From Octopus sinensis (taxonomy: Eukaryota): a stretch of DNA of 64,000 bases. The notes beneath the pieces were generated by a model. The model had not been told where the DNA came from. It saw only the letters and a list, made by a program, of their open reading frames with translations, and did not search any database. Shown piece by piece: positions 12,685 through 26,009 of this stretch. Where the stretch lies: assembly GCF_006345805.1 (NCBI RefSeq), contig NC_042999.1, positions 51,584,001 through 51,648,000 of the forward strand. The letters run 5' to 3'. The position numbers and the translations under genes were made by a program. Position 1 is the stretch's first letter. Every line of letters starts with the position of its first letter.

Positions 12685-13945
12685 GTAACACGCACTCGTG
12701 CAGTGTCCAGCAATTTCCGACTTGTGGGCTTATGTCTAACAACTGCTGTCACGTGTGGGACGAGTCGGTTTATCAGCCAAGTCTATCGTCAATATTGTCA
12801 CGCCTCCTTCCTTCAAACGGGAAGGAAGAACTATTTTCATTATCCTTGTGGCTATGGCGAAAGAATGTATCTGGTGGACGCGTCTGAAAGGATTGGAGAC
12901 AAACACTTTCCTCTCTGGTCAATCTCTCATCAACTTCTTCAAGTATCTCTTGAAAAGGAAAGTGAGAGTAGAGAGGCAAGTTTGTCTAGCGAATGTTTTA
13001 AAAAAGATGGGTGAATGTAGCAAGGATGGCACGTATGAATGACGAAGCCACCTTGAGCATAATCCTATGAACCCGGAAATTTAAAACAGAGGGTTACCTA
13101 CTTGCAAACAAACGTGGTAACATGTAACAATATTGACCGAGGTTACCATGGTCTTTTCCGTAGGCTTTTCTTCCCATGGATAAACCTTATCTGCTTTCCC
13201 CTTTATACCTTACATCATGACACTGTGATACACCATCCTTATTGATTGTTTTTTCTTCTTTTGTTTCTTTTCCATTTTTTTCTTTCTTCTTTCCCTTTTA
13301 CGATCCCTTTTGATCGAAAACCTACCCCAACTTTTTATTTTTTTTCTCTCCCCCAAAAAGAAAAGCACTACTTTGTAATCTGTCCCGTCTGTGTGCAGCC
13401 CTGTGTGGCTAATAAAGAAACATATCTGTAACAGGTAGTGTAATATAATGTAGCACAGCACAGATTGCAAATAAACCTGAGATCAAGAACAATAATATTC
13501 AAAATTAACGAAAAGATCTAATATCACCAAATTGTAAACTGTATTAAGGCTCACCTTAATAAATCTGACATGATGAAAGTTGACCATACTTTTAAATAGT
13601 ATCATGGAAACTGAGATTTGGCTGCTATCACTTGCAGGTTATGAGACCACTTGAACGACTCCAAGTCTTTATTTCGCAGTCACTTGCAATTTATAATTAT
13701 ATAATTTCAAAAATGTTATCTAATGCCTTTTTTTCAAACAACCTTTCCTTTATATCTGTAAACTATAACCTTCTCCATGAATAAATTGATGAAAATAGTT
13801 ATCGCCCTGTAAATAATGTTTGTACTCACGATATTTACTGAGCTCTTAGGGTAACAACAGAACTATAACATTGCCAAAATGACATTTCAATGACTAGCTT
13901 CGTTTCCTTCATCATGTCTCACATTACACCATATTATGGTTGCTA

Positions 13946-13951
13946 TACACG

Positions 13952-14012
<61 letters not shown>

Positions 14013-14021
14013 ACACACACA
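13946..14021. repeat. (CA)n microsatellite
   Basis: Directly visible. Confidence 0.97.
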
Positions 14022-14559
14022 CCTGGAGTACCTTTAAGAAAGACCACCGAACTGTTTGACCAACCAATACACTGTGTATTCCCCTGCCACTGCTGCAGAT
14101 TTTATAATGTTCCGCCCACCAAATTTATGCACTGCCATTTCCCTTCCTTCTGTTTCCGCTCTACAACAGTTGAAAAGTTCCTTTCTTTCCGATTACAACT
14201 CTTTAATACCCATATTCCCACCAAAAATTTAAACTGAGCACAAACTACATCGATCTCATCGTCTAGGATGCTCGTAAAGGCGAAAGGCACTGTCCATCTT
14301 AGACTAAATATTATAATATATATTTATCGACATCCATTTCTTAAATACAATTTCAGAACGAATACTCTTTTAATTCTGAAATTATGAGATTAAAAGTGGT
14401 TAGAATGCATTCTGCTTTCAAGAATCTTTTTAATGATACGTAAACAAAGATCTTCCAGGGAAGTCAGGTGAATATTAATGAAGAATTTTCTTGCAACTGT
14501 GAATAAATTCCAGTGAGAATTGACACGGACAGAAATGAGAAATGAGTGCGAATATAACT

Positions 14560-14561
<2 letters not shown>

Positions 14562-14605
<44 letters not shown>

Positions 14606-14606
14606 G

Positions 14607-14668
<62 letters not shown>

Positions 14669-14690
14669 ATGTTAGTCTGGAATTTGAGTA
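14562..14690. repeat. (GA)n microsatellite
   Basis: Directly visible. Confidence 0.97.
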
Positions 14691-14796
14691 CGTTAGGAGA
14701 GTAGAAAGACTGATATACCTTAGAAAATAACAGAGTTAGCTGTCAAATGCGACTCTGTTAATATTTTGGCAATAACACACGTGAGGCATAAACAAG

Positions 14797-15033
14797 TGTA
14801 TTTATTTCTTTATTGCCCACAAGGGGCTAAACACAGAAGGGACAAACAAGGACAGACAAAGGGATTAAGTCGATTACATCGACCCCAGTGCGTAACTGGT
14901 ACTTAATTTATCGACCCCGAAAGGATGAAAGGCAAAGTCGACCTCGGCGGAATTTGAACTCCGAACGTAACGGCAGACGAAATACGGCAACGCATTTCAC
15001 CCAGCGTGCTAACGTTTCTGCCAGCTCGCCGCT
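14797..15033 (-). mobile_element. tRNA-derived SINE, family A (3' type 1), full length
   Basis: Close reverse-complement match to 60303-60520. Head gcggcgagctggcagaaacgttagc, B box gagttcaaattcc, tail ccccttgtgggcaataaagaaataa. Confidence 0.95.
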
Positions 15034-15129
15034 TTATGAAGCGTAAGCAAGTATATTGTTAAATATATGAATTGTAGCTTGATAGAGCAGGAGATGTGAG
15101 ATCAACAAAATAAATATTTTTTATTGCTC

Positions 15130-15330
15130 GGTGAAGTATGACCTAAATTCTATTTACTGAAGTGTAGGAAGTATGAACATTATCAACATAATAGTAAATC
15201 TTTAAGATCATCGAATTTATTATATTACCTGGAGTAATATTGGCGGTTATTTCGGAGAATCGACACAATGGTTCGGAAGCCAAGTAAAAATGTTATTTTC
15301 CATCCCTACAAAAGAAAAGATAGTTGCAAA
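15130..15330 (+). mobile_element. Degenerate R4-like RT thumb relic
   Basis: The plus frame YWRLFRRIDTMVRKPSKNVIFHP resembles W..EL..ID.KTRK.....FHP of R4 RTs. Confidence 0.4.
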
Positions 15331-16955
15331 TTCAGCTCTTGTTTTAAAGACACACGCATACACATACAAACAGGCACACACACATACACACAAACACACA
15401 TGTATGTATTTAAGTATATACATAATTTCTAAGTTATTTACACTGTCTTAGGTAGTTCTTATAACACTTTATACGACTGCAGTTATTGCTAAAAACCTGA
15501 CAAAGGACACGTTATACAATGTGTGAAACTTATATAGGAAAGTCACAGAAACTGTTAGCTTCAGTGTCGATTATACAGCAGAAACATGAATCAAATTAAG
15601 AATAAGCTATGAATTAAATTAGATCAACGAAGTGTGGAACTGTTGAGAATCGTTTAACGGAAGTGGAGATCAATGGTGAGATTAATTAGATAAAAATAAG
15701 GTGTTGTGTTGTTCATTGATGAAGATTTTGATAGAAAAGTTAGAAGTAATGATCTCTGGTTGAAAACTAACAGTGTGCACAAACCGATGTTGTAGTTTAA
15801 TCGAAGAATTAATAAACATATTAATCAATGCTGTTTATTTCTAGAAAAAGAAAAGTTAATCTGAAAACAACGAAATCGTTTAAGGATCGTGGAATTAGAA
15901 AATTAACAACTTGGATATAATGAAAGTGGCAGTGAATTTATGAATCAATATAAAATATATTGATATTTCTCGTAAGATGAGAAACCAGATACACTGCCAA
16001 CCAAATGTCTCAACGAACATCTAATATTTCTTTAAAAGAAGACTATATTCTATTTCTTTCGGCAGAATTATACTTGTACAAAATATTACGATGCTTTTCT
16101 GATTATTAACGGCGTTAGAAAACTACAGGCTGCTGACGAAAATATGAAAACCATTGATGATAGTGAAGGCGTATTTGTTGTAGTCAAAATCTGTTTGTGA
16201 ACAGGGTAAAATAAATCTCAACTGAGATTAAGCGAGTAAAAACCACTCCTACAATAATATTATTCTTTACCTGAAGGAAATTAATATTTCAAGATATAGG
16301 TCCCATTATGAAAACCATGTACACAGTTTCACACATAAATTACGTTTCTGGCAGTAATAGATCGATTTAAGATTATAAAACGATCATTTACGGCAAGATA
16401 CATTAGAAAGGATAACGAGAATTCGACGACACCAAGATTGAAAAGTACAAATTTGAAAGAAAATTACTTTTGGAGCGAAAATTAATTTTTATTTATTTAT
16501 TTTTTTACTTACATAGCTTCAATATTTGTTTCCATTGATTTCCTTTTTATTGCTTTCAATAGCAATAAAGTTCCCTACAAAGACACACATTAGGTATTTT
16601 GTTCGAGAATTTTAAAGTCTTTTGTTGTTCTAGAAGACTCCTTTCATCCTGACGGAGTAATTTTAAATAGAAATTTCTAAATGGTTGCTTCAGTTTCAAA
16701 TTACGACATTTTCCCTATTCAGGAAAATTTACAAGAAAGGAAAGTAAATTCCAATGGATGTTGGTAATTATATTCCTGTGTCATATTTCCACTTGACCTA
16801 GTTTTGTGTCAATCCCATCGATCCTACTGACCTATTTAGAAATTCTGATCGGAACAAAAACCCAAATCAGGAATAGAATCACAAGTGGAGATTAATTTCA
16901 AAACAGCAATAACGGTTTACAGTTAAAAGATATCTTAGCTATCGAAAGTTCATGT

Positions 16956-17330
<375 letters not shown>

Positions 17331-17339
17331 ATCATTTGA

Positions 17340-18300
17340 AAGCTTCCGCTGAGGAAGGAGCTGCTTTCTAACAAAAGTAAAAAAAAACTCCATCGTTACA
17401 ATGTAGAGAACAAAAACCATGTCGCATTCTAAACTTCAAAAAAGTCTTGTAGAATTTTACTGTTCCACTTACAGATCGTATTTGTAATGTGAGAGTCAGT
17501 CGGTTAATTTCTTTTTCTGTAAACCCCTGTTTACCCAGATTCTCACGTAGGCATTTACTCACAAAACCAAATGCACTAATTATTACTGGTATAAATGTAA
17601 ATTTGTAATCTGGATATAAAAGCTGGAGGTTTCGAAGCAGTTGTCCACGTCTCTTTCAAAGAGTCATTCACATCAGCAGGGCAGCTGTCTTCTATGAAAG
17701 TACATACTTTTTCTTGTCTGTTCCAAACAACAATATTCGGCCTGTTCTGCTTATACTTGACGTGTTTTGATGGGAATATTCCACCAATATTCCTTGTTTT
17801 GATGTTTGTATATGTATTCAGTAACAAGGGGGATTCTCTATATTTATTCCAGGACAATCTTTTTTCCGGATGGTATTGTATTTTGTTTTTGCGACACCGT
17901 TATGTCGCATAGGAGGTGGTATCATGATGACATTTTTGGGCAGCTGCTAATCACATGTGTGATGTCTTCCACAGAAATATGACATAATCCACATTTTTGG
18001 CTGCACATTAGAACTGCAAAGTCCCCACTGTCTCTTTTGTGTATTAGGTATTTCATAGCAATCTCTCGTTCTAGGACTGAAAATTCATAGCTTTCGATGT
18101 GTGATGTGATGTAGCAATCTCGTGTCTTCGCTTTCTTCAACATTACTGTCTTCACGTTTTAGGTAAACATTTCCATGCATACTCTTTTTTTGGTATGCAG
18201 GACGTTTCACATCTAGGTCTTCTTTGAGATATGTTAGTCCGGCAGTTTTGTGGTTCTATGGGAGGTCACCAGGAAGAGAGTGCTTCCTCAGATGCTTAAT
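17340..18300 (-). mobile_element. R4-like RLE retrotransposon 3' portion, subfamily e
   Basis: YITSHIESY...EREIAMKYLIHKRD...CGLCHISVEDITHVISSCPKMSS (CCHC zinc knuckle), NRPNIVVWNRQEKVCTFIEDSCPADVN (PD..E RLE) and LQIRSVSGTVKFYKTFLKF. The 3' end is followed by (CATA)n on the minus strand. Confidence 0.88.
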
Positions 18301-18628
18301 ACTGACACGTAGAGTTAGGGTTCACTTTTAAGCTAATGTATTTCTTTTCTTTGCTACTGTTGTTTAGCAAATATTTATATGTTTGTTATTTGAAAGAATT
18401 TTCTGCCAACCAAAATATAATCTTTAAAACTGATAATTTATTTTTTAATACTTTCGTACATTAAACGATGTAATTCAAAAGATTAATTGTGTAAGAGACA
18501 TTTTTTGAAATAATAAGATACAAATATGGGTTGCTGCTTCAGGTTTTTAATTGCCATCTTTGTGGCAACATTTTGTAAAATCTAATCTAATATTTTTGTA
18601 ATGAAGAGGATTATGAGAAAAATGTTGC

Positions 18629-18806
18629 TAATCTGGATATAAAAGCTAGGGGTTTACAGAAAAAGAAATTAACCGACTGACTCTCACATTACAAATACGA
18701 TCTGTAAGTGGAACAGTAAAATTCTACAAGACTTTTCTGAAGTTTAGAATGCGACATGCTTTTTGTTCTCTACATTGTAACGATGGAGCTTTTTTCTTTT
18801 CTTAGC
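18629..18806 (+). mobile_element. Short inverted copy of the 3' end of the 17340-18300 element with a 19-nt inverted 5' piece
   Basis: 18648-18806 is a near-identical reverse complement of 17528 down to about 17370. 18629-18647 (taatctggatataaaagct) is identical to 17606-17624 on the same strand. Confidence 0.85.
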
Positions 18807-19216
18807 AACATTTTCCCCAATGTAATCTCTATGATGTTTTAGAGAACATGTTTTGTAATGAACGAAAGAATCATTAGCGATACTTGTTGATACATTGAGA
18901 CTAAAAGGGAAATTGAACCATCCCGTTAGGTTTCTATTCTTTCAGTGTCGGAGAGTAAATTAATATCATTTGTATTATTTATGGAATTAGTCTTATCCTA
19001 AAAACCACATTCGAGTATCAGCACTTTATTATAATTGGGTGTGCTTTGTTAAAGGAACACAAATCAGATGAAATACTGCATAAATATACTAATTGTTTTT
19101 AAACCAAATTATAACAATTAGTGGGTGACTGCATATATGGAGGGAACATATCTTTATTATCAAGCATGATGGCCAGCTATAGTCTTCAAGAGATATCACG
19201 GTAATTTTACACTACA

Positions 19217-21188
19217 CAGCCACGTAGCCAGCCGATTGCAACTGGGGGTGCTATCTTGATAGCTGGGGGTGCTGAACAGGGGTACGGACAAAAGCTCCTA
19301 CTCAAAGTGTGAAAGTGGACAAAAGCCCCATGCTTATATTTTTCGGTTATTTTTTTCGTTTTTTTTTCCATATTTCTTGACGCCTAACCTGATCAAAACT
19401 TATTATATAACGATATATTTCGTTTTTATTTTCAGTTTACTTGTTGCAATCATTAAACTGAGGCCATGCTGGGGCATCACCTCGAAGAGTTTTTAGTCGA
19501 ATCTATCGACTCCAATATTTTGAAAATGATTTTCAACAAGCACATAGTTAAGCCTAAAAGGTCTTTCTACAAGCTAGAGATAACAGCCAAATCTTTAAAC
19601 ATTATTTTTATATAATTTCAAATAAACATCGACCACGAGGCTGACAGTGTGTCTTCTCAACAATTCGATGATTTCGTTTTGCATTGCTGCTGAGTTGTAG
19701 GTCGCAATTTTTGGAATCATGCTGTAACATTCCATTAGCTTTGAGTCTTCCTCTAATGTGTACAGAAATAATTTCATAACAAAGATCCCGAAAAGATTCA
19801 TTTTCGTTTCTTCGAAAAGGCAATTCGTTTGCACAAAGAAAATGAACAATGTCAACAATGGAACTGATATAATAACGGTTTTTGCTCAACTGATCATTTT
19901 GCAAGATTGAAGACACGGATGTTGTTGTGGATAAACGCTATTGGCGTCCCTTCGATGTTACTATAGCTTGGATATGGGATGCAGAATTTGCATCCTTATT
20001 TAAACCTTTGTTTTTTTCTTTTGCATGATGCCAATTAGAATATCCATTTCAGCTTGAGCAGAAGTATTAAGGTGCCGACAAGCAAAACAAAACAAGGCTT
20101 TCTTTGAAAGAGAATACTCTAACCATAAACGACCAGTATACCAGCTTGACGAGAAGTCACGTCTCTGTTTTCCATAAATTTTTGGATCGAACTTTGCTAG
20201 AACTGGCTGCACTGGTTGGCAGTCGACCTGTCCTAGATCATCCAATGAGGGTGTCAAAGACTTTACAAGACCTTCCTTGAGATGCGAAACTTCGTTTGCA
20301 ATTCTCTTCTGCTTAGCATTATTAGATGAATCAGAATGGAAATTCAGCAATGATTGCTTCAGTTCTCTTTTTCGGTAGTGATTCATTATTTTTGGGCACC
20401 GATATTCGCAATTATTAATTCTAAGGTAGAATATCGTAGTAAGAGTAACAATTTCTTAAAATTTATGTATTTTAAAATTAATCTCGAAAGAGATTTCAGT
20501 TCAAACAATTTTTTTTCAATTTCTTCAAAGTTATGCTTTTTTAGTTAAACTCAAAATAATTTCAGTATAAACTTTGTTCAAGGAGTAAGAAAAATTATTC
20601 AGTGAAAGTTCTCACCTGAAAAATACTTTCTGAACGTATATTTTGGGAAATTTCAAAAAATTTCTTTCCTTTTTCGCGAATAATAATCTTCTCTGACTAG
20701 TAGAATTAAAATGACTTTTTAATGTCCGTCTCTGTTCATATATATATATATGTGTGTAGTGATGCGTTTACTACTATAAATCTCTAACTACGGCAACAAT
20801 TCTTCACATACCTTTCAACAGCAACAAGGACAATCACTAGCACCGCTGTCGCCACCACGAGCACCACCACCACAACAATAAAAATAACTGACCCAGCATC
20901 ACCCACTCCTTAATTCGACCCACGGTTGATGACCGGGTTAGCAGCCAATTTTGCGACAACAATTACAACTACAACAAACACTTTTTAACCAGCTCTAATT
21001 TACCCACATTTTCATATTACTAACTACTAAATCAAAAGAAATTCAATTTATTGCATCTTTAGCGACCTCAGATATTGCTTATTATTTCAAGAGTGGATAA
21101 AACAAATTCTCCTACTGGGGTGGAGGAGCTGAGATTCTAACTGGGGGTGCTGAGCACCCCATAGCCTCCCCATGTAGCTACGTGTCTG
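19217..21188 (-). mobile_element. hAT-superfamily DNA transposon, deleted derivative (1972 bp)
   Basis: TIRs cagccacgtagc and gctacgtgtctg (11 of 12 match). The flanks acactaca (19209-19216) and ccactaca (21189-21196) form an 8-bp TSD with 1 mismatch. Transposase remnants are the TTF-type zinc finger RDFSSSWY..RLWLEYS.SKKALFCFACR (20000-20386) and DUF4371-like NELPFR...ATYNSAAMQNEIIELL (19595-19916). Confidence 0.92.
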
Positions 21189-22429
21189 CCACTACAGACG
21201 TCCCTGATTATCTGTATATACTTGTCTGGACACTGATAGCTTTCGGGCAGAATTCCTAAAAAGGTGAAGTAACTAGCCGTGTTGCTAGAGCTTCGCGTTA
21301 TTTGTTCCGTCTCTCTACACTCTTCGTTTAATCTTGCCAAGATCAATTTTTTTCAGGGTCGACAAAAAAATGTCCATCCAAGACTGTTGGTAAAACTGTG
21401 ACAGGGGGTCTTAGAGCATTTCAGTATTGCTCTGACTCATGCAAGTTAAGGCTGTATGAAACTTTGCAGTAATGGTGGAAGGTGAATTTCATTCAGTAGT
21501 TGAACAGAAAAATGTTCCTAATATTTGGAGACACTTAGTGGGAGATAATCATTTTATCATAAAATTTGGAGACATTAAAAGTTTGAATTTCAAATCATGA
21601 TGTAAGGAAAAAAAGATGCAGAGGATACACAGATTACTTTAAATTTTGTTTGCTTACTTATCATTAGGTTCTTAAAAATTTTTGTCAATGGTAATCATAC
21701 ACAGCCTGCTTTCGTTCTTTTTAGAAACAATCAACATTACACAACCTGAAGTATATAAATTGAGCATTTCATAAACTGAGACACTTCTTAAAGATGGAAT
21801 ATGATTTGTGTGGAAGAAATTTATCGAATGTGCGTTATTCTTTCCTTTTTCTTCATAGAGTGTTTGTTGTTTAGCAATCGAAAGAGAAGAAAGGTTCTTA
21901 GCCTCAACCTACAGATAACTGTTTCCAAGGTGTTCTTACTTCCAAAGATGCTCTTATAGAAATTAATATTTTAGTTTTAACTGCTTACGAAATTCCGTTT
22001 TTATTATCTTCTGTCAACCATAGATATCGGTTTTAAGCTGATATTTCATAAAAGTACTCTCTTATTAGTTTTTATTTAGTTTCAGCTTCATATCTCTCGA
22101 AACTACGTAGAATGTTCTGACAAAGTAAATAAAATATTTGTTTTTCGAGGGGCTGTACCGAAAATACAGGCAAAGTTGTGCCAAAACCTCTGCTCCGGAT
22201 CTCTCTACCAGAACAGCGAAGAGCAAACATGTCGTTAGATCGATAATCGATAAACAACGGGACAAGCTACCGAAAATGGTGTAATTATCTATGATCTTAT
22301 TGCAAAATGTATTATTTAGTGAACGTAGTTGAAATTAGTTTGTTGTAAGGGTGAGTGAAATCAGTCGCTCTCACTGTTATGAACATACGTAACATACGTA
22401 CGCTTGCAAGTGTGCGTATGTATGTGTGT

Positions 22430-22530
22430 ACGTATGTATGTATGTATGTATGTATGTATGTATGTATGTATGTATGTATGTATGTATGTATGTATGTATG
22501 TATGTATGATGTATATATATATATCTATAT
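22430..22530. repeat. (TATG)n/(TA)n microsatellite
   Basis: Directly visible. Confidence 0.97.
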
Positions 22531-22562
22531 GTATATAGTTTGTGTACGAGAAAAGAACACGG

Positions 22563-22944
22563 AGAAATTGAAATATAGACATCGATCTATTAAAGAATAT
22601 TTAATTCCAAACAAAAACAAATTCATAGCACCTATAATTGTTTCCATTCCCAATTAATTCGATTTGAGAAATTAAATTAAATTAAATCCTCGATAAACTC
22701 AGATATATGAATCTATCAAGGATCTACCAACACATTGGAATGGAGCTCCTTTCTATCAAGTTCTTCCCTTGACGAAATGTCCAAATAGCTATATTCAATA
22801 TGAAACTTAATTTAGTTTAATTTAATTTAATTTAATTTCTCAAATTGAATTTATTGAGTATGGAAACAATTGTAGGTGCTATGAGTTTATTTTTGCTTGA
22901 AATTGAATATGTTCTAATAAGTTGATGTCTATATCTTAATTTCT
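22563..22944. mobile_element. Foldback/MITE-like element with long inverted arms
   Basis: About 22563-22686 (agaaattgaaatatagacatc...catagcacctataattgtttcca...gagaaattaaattaaattaaa) is the imperfect reverse complement of about 22815-22944, with a spacer of about 130 bp. Confidence 0.85.
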
Positions 22945-23254
22945 TCTCATTCAAAAACAATAATATATCCATATCCATCAATGGGAAGCTAACATCTTTG
23001 GTTTTTCACTGATACACTGGATAAAACCCGGGAACCTGGTGTTGTCATTCCTTTAAGTGCCTCACCCGAACCCTATAGCACAATACAATGCAATTGTATC
23101 TATAACCCATGATTATATCGGGATGGACTACATTTGGGTGATTTCGCATACGCAAAAATATTGTATACATAATCCTTATATTTATTTCTAATCTAGACAC
23201 GAGGCCAGCAATACTGAAGGAGATATTCGGTGCCACCGAGCTTCACAGCTTTTG

Positions 23255-23375
23255 ACTAATCCTTTATTTTATCGATTCCAAAAAGATGAAAAACAAAGCT
23301 AACGTCTGCAGTATTTGGTGTCAGAACGCAAAGAATCGAAACAGTACTGAACGGCAGTATTCTATCAACTCGTCT
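23255..23375 (-). mobile_element. Degenerate SINE family A fragment
   Basis: atttttatcgattccaaaaagatgaaaaacaaagc...gtcagaacg resembles the family A core. Confidence 0.5.
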
Positions 23376-23469
23376 TCTATTAATCAATTGGTGCCAACAA
23401 ACTGTAAACTTGAGGTTATGTTAATATTATTGTAATTTCCCTTAAACTTGTAACCATTACAATCCGTCA

Positions 23470-24110
23470 CATTTCGGATTATGGCTTTTACAATTTTAGA
23501 GCAGGAGATAAATATGAAATACCTAATTAACAAAAGGGACAGTGAAGCCCTTAACACCGCAGAATATGACTGGAAATATCTATAATGTCACGCTTTTGCG
23601 GATGAAATTACTCACGTGGTCGGTCACCAGTTGCTACCAAACTGTCATCAATTTACTTTCATTGCAGCATCATGTTAAACGAATATACAATGTCATTAAT
23701 AAGAAAGAGTGTCGTGGGATAAACTAGACAATATTCCTGTTATTGAATATGCAAGGAATATTGATGGAACATTCCTGCCAAAATTCAGTCAAGCACAAAT
23801 ATAAAAGAAAAAAAAAACCGATTCAGTTATTTGGGACAGAAAAAAAGAATATGAATCCTTTTCAGTAGCAAGAGGGTTTCTTTAAAAATCAGTGAGAAGA
23901 GAATATTTATAGATAAATACTTGAAAAGTGGCAACTTCTTCACCCTCCACCCTCCACCCTCCACCCTGATCATAAATTCATACTCGGTAATGTTAGTAAT
24001 TGTTTCAAGGACAATCTCAAAAGAATGTGACCAGTCTATATGTACTTAGTAAATACAATCTGTAAAATGTGGAGCAGTAAAATATGTAAGGTTCAATGGT
24101 TCAATGTCTA
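23470..24110 (+). mobile_element. Degenerate R4-like subfamily e fragments
   Basis: EQEINMKYLINKRD...DEITHVV matches the 17922-18155 ORF. A GxVKICK-like end lies at about 24070-24095 and is followed by catacatgtatgcatg. Confidence 0.55.
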
Positions 24111-24559
24111 GGCATACATGTATGCATGTATATATGTATATATGTAAGAGTATCACGGCGGAGTTAGAAAATGGAAAATTGACGTATAGAGAACCTTCGG
24201 TCACGTGAGATCTTGCTTATCACATGAAAACAGACAAATAATACATTCGCCATCAACAAAGAGTGAAAAAAATAAAACTATGAACATTGTTCTGGAACAG
24301 TGAAAAGAGATAATTGAAACTGAGACTCTTCAAAAGAAAAAAAAAAAGAAAAAAAAGAAAAAAAAAGAAAAAAAAGAAAAAAAAGTAATACTGACTAATA
24401 GAGAGTTATCATATTAAATGGAGAATTGAAAACCGTTAGTGAAACTTGAGGAAAGCAATGCATCAGGAAGGGACTTCATTGTTAGATACTGATACAAAAC
24501 AAACAAACAAACAAAAAAAACTGAACTTTTATCGGAGTATATTTTCCCTTTTTACCAGT

Positions 24560-25200
24560 ATACAGTCAACGGAAATATAAACATACCTAGATGATTATCG
24601 CTGGCAGAAACAAAATTGATATCCAAAAACAACAATGAAGAACCCCCCCCCCCGCCAAAAAAAAAAACTACTGCCCATGTATAAAATTTATGCAACCTGA
24701 CCGAACCTGTTCCTCCATGATCACAGTGATTGTAAAATGTCAACCCAATTGAACAAGTAGCCGGAAAGAAAGGAGTTTGGGGATGTTAACAAAACTGTGA
24801 TGATGATATAGGAGGAACCTGATCACAGTCTCGCTGGATTACCAGAAAGTATTTGACTATATTCTCCATTCGTGGAATTCTTTCGACGTGCCATAGTTCC
24901 AGATACTATCATTGAGGCCATAGACAACGTGATTTCACCCTGGGCCGTTATTCTAAAATGAAATACAAGAAGTGATTCGATAGTCGCTGATTAGATACTG
25001 TATTGCAGAAGTATGTTTCAAGGGGACAGTCTGTGATGTTTATACTTTCAGTAACATCCCCACCCACTCTCTTCCTGTGAATCAATCGCATTTTCTGAAG
25101 AATATGCAATTGGTCCACACGGAGACAGAACCACTAACTTAACACATTGCTTGTTTGTGGAAAAACTGGAAATAATTGCCAGGTTATGACATTTTCAAAG
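24560..25200 (+). mobile_element. R4-like reverse transcriptase relic
   Basis: LSLAETKLISKN, EQVAGKKGVWGC, RRNLITVSLDYQKVFD and caaggggacagtctg (QGDSL) occur in the expected RT order. Confidence 0.75.
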
Positions 25201-25994
25201 GTTATAGAGATGGAGTTTGGTCAGGATAAATGTTTTTACATGCTTCTTAATCAACGAAGAACAATAAGCCCGTCTAGTAACATTTCTACAATTTCAAAAT
25301 TTTAAAATTACTTTACAAAGACTTTCATCACCCGCCTCCACACACCATTCCGAGGTCAATATACTCTTGTGTAAACGACAAGCGGTTGTTCCTATCCTAC
25401 ACTCGGGAACAACCCAGCTTGAGGTGAAACTCTGGGTAGGTTGAGAGCCTTTGATATAATGAACATCATCCCGACCCCACACACACAACCGGTAGATCAA
25501 CAACTGTAAATGATCTCGAACACAGAGCAACATATTCACAGAATGGCATGAGATTGCGAAGATTGCTAATTGCGTTAGAAAACTAAATTGTCTTTAGCTG
25601 GCGATCGAAACTCGATGGCGGGTTTACAGAAATAGATTTGTGCCACCGTCTACCCCACGAACCAGCCTCATTACTAAAACACTTGACTACTTACCTAAAT
25701 TTTATGACTATAAACTCTCTGGGTCAACGTATGATATATTTCAGTTCTCCCGCATTGTATTTTAATATAAATTTTACGGGAACTATTTTAAAGAATCTAA
25801 ACCCATTAGATTTAAATAGAAAGCAAAAAATGAATTCTTTGTTTCAATGTTGGTAGAAATTAACATCTTAATAGCGGAGCGGTGGGGTGTGTCTACTGCC
25901 CCCCCCCCAACCGAGTTTAGTTTCGGAAATAACAATTACCATGTACTTTAAAACAAAAATAAGTAGTGTAATTCAATATCGAACGGAATTCTGA

Positions 25995-26009
25995 ACACTA
26001 GATGGCGCC
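25995..26009 (+). promoter_or_regulatory. CTCF-like motif
   Basis: ACACTAGATGGCGCC differs from the CCASYAGRKGGCRS consensus at 1 position. Motif match only. Confidence 0.3.

Noticed and set aside
15229-15305. Attractive minus-strand exon (tcttttcttttgtag ... cag|gtaata; GWKITFLLGFRTIV...)
   Set aside because: The plus strand reads as an R4 RT thumb relic (IDTMVRK...FHP), and I recognise no protein family. Not fully excluded without RNA-seq.
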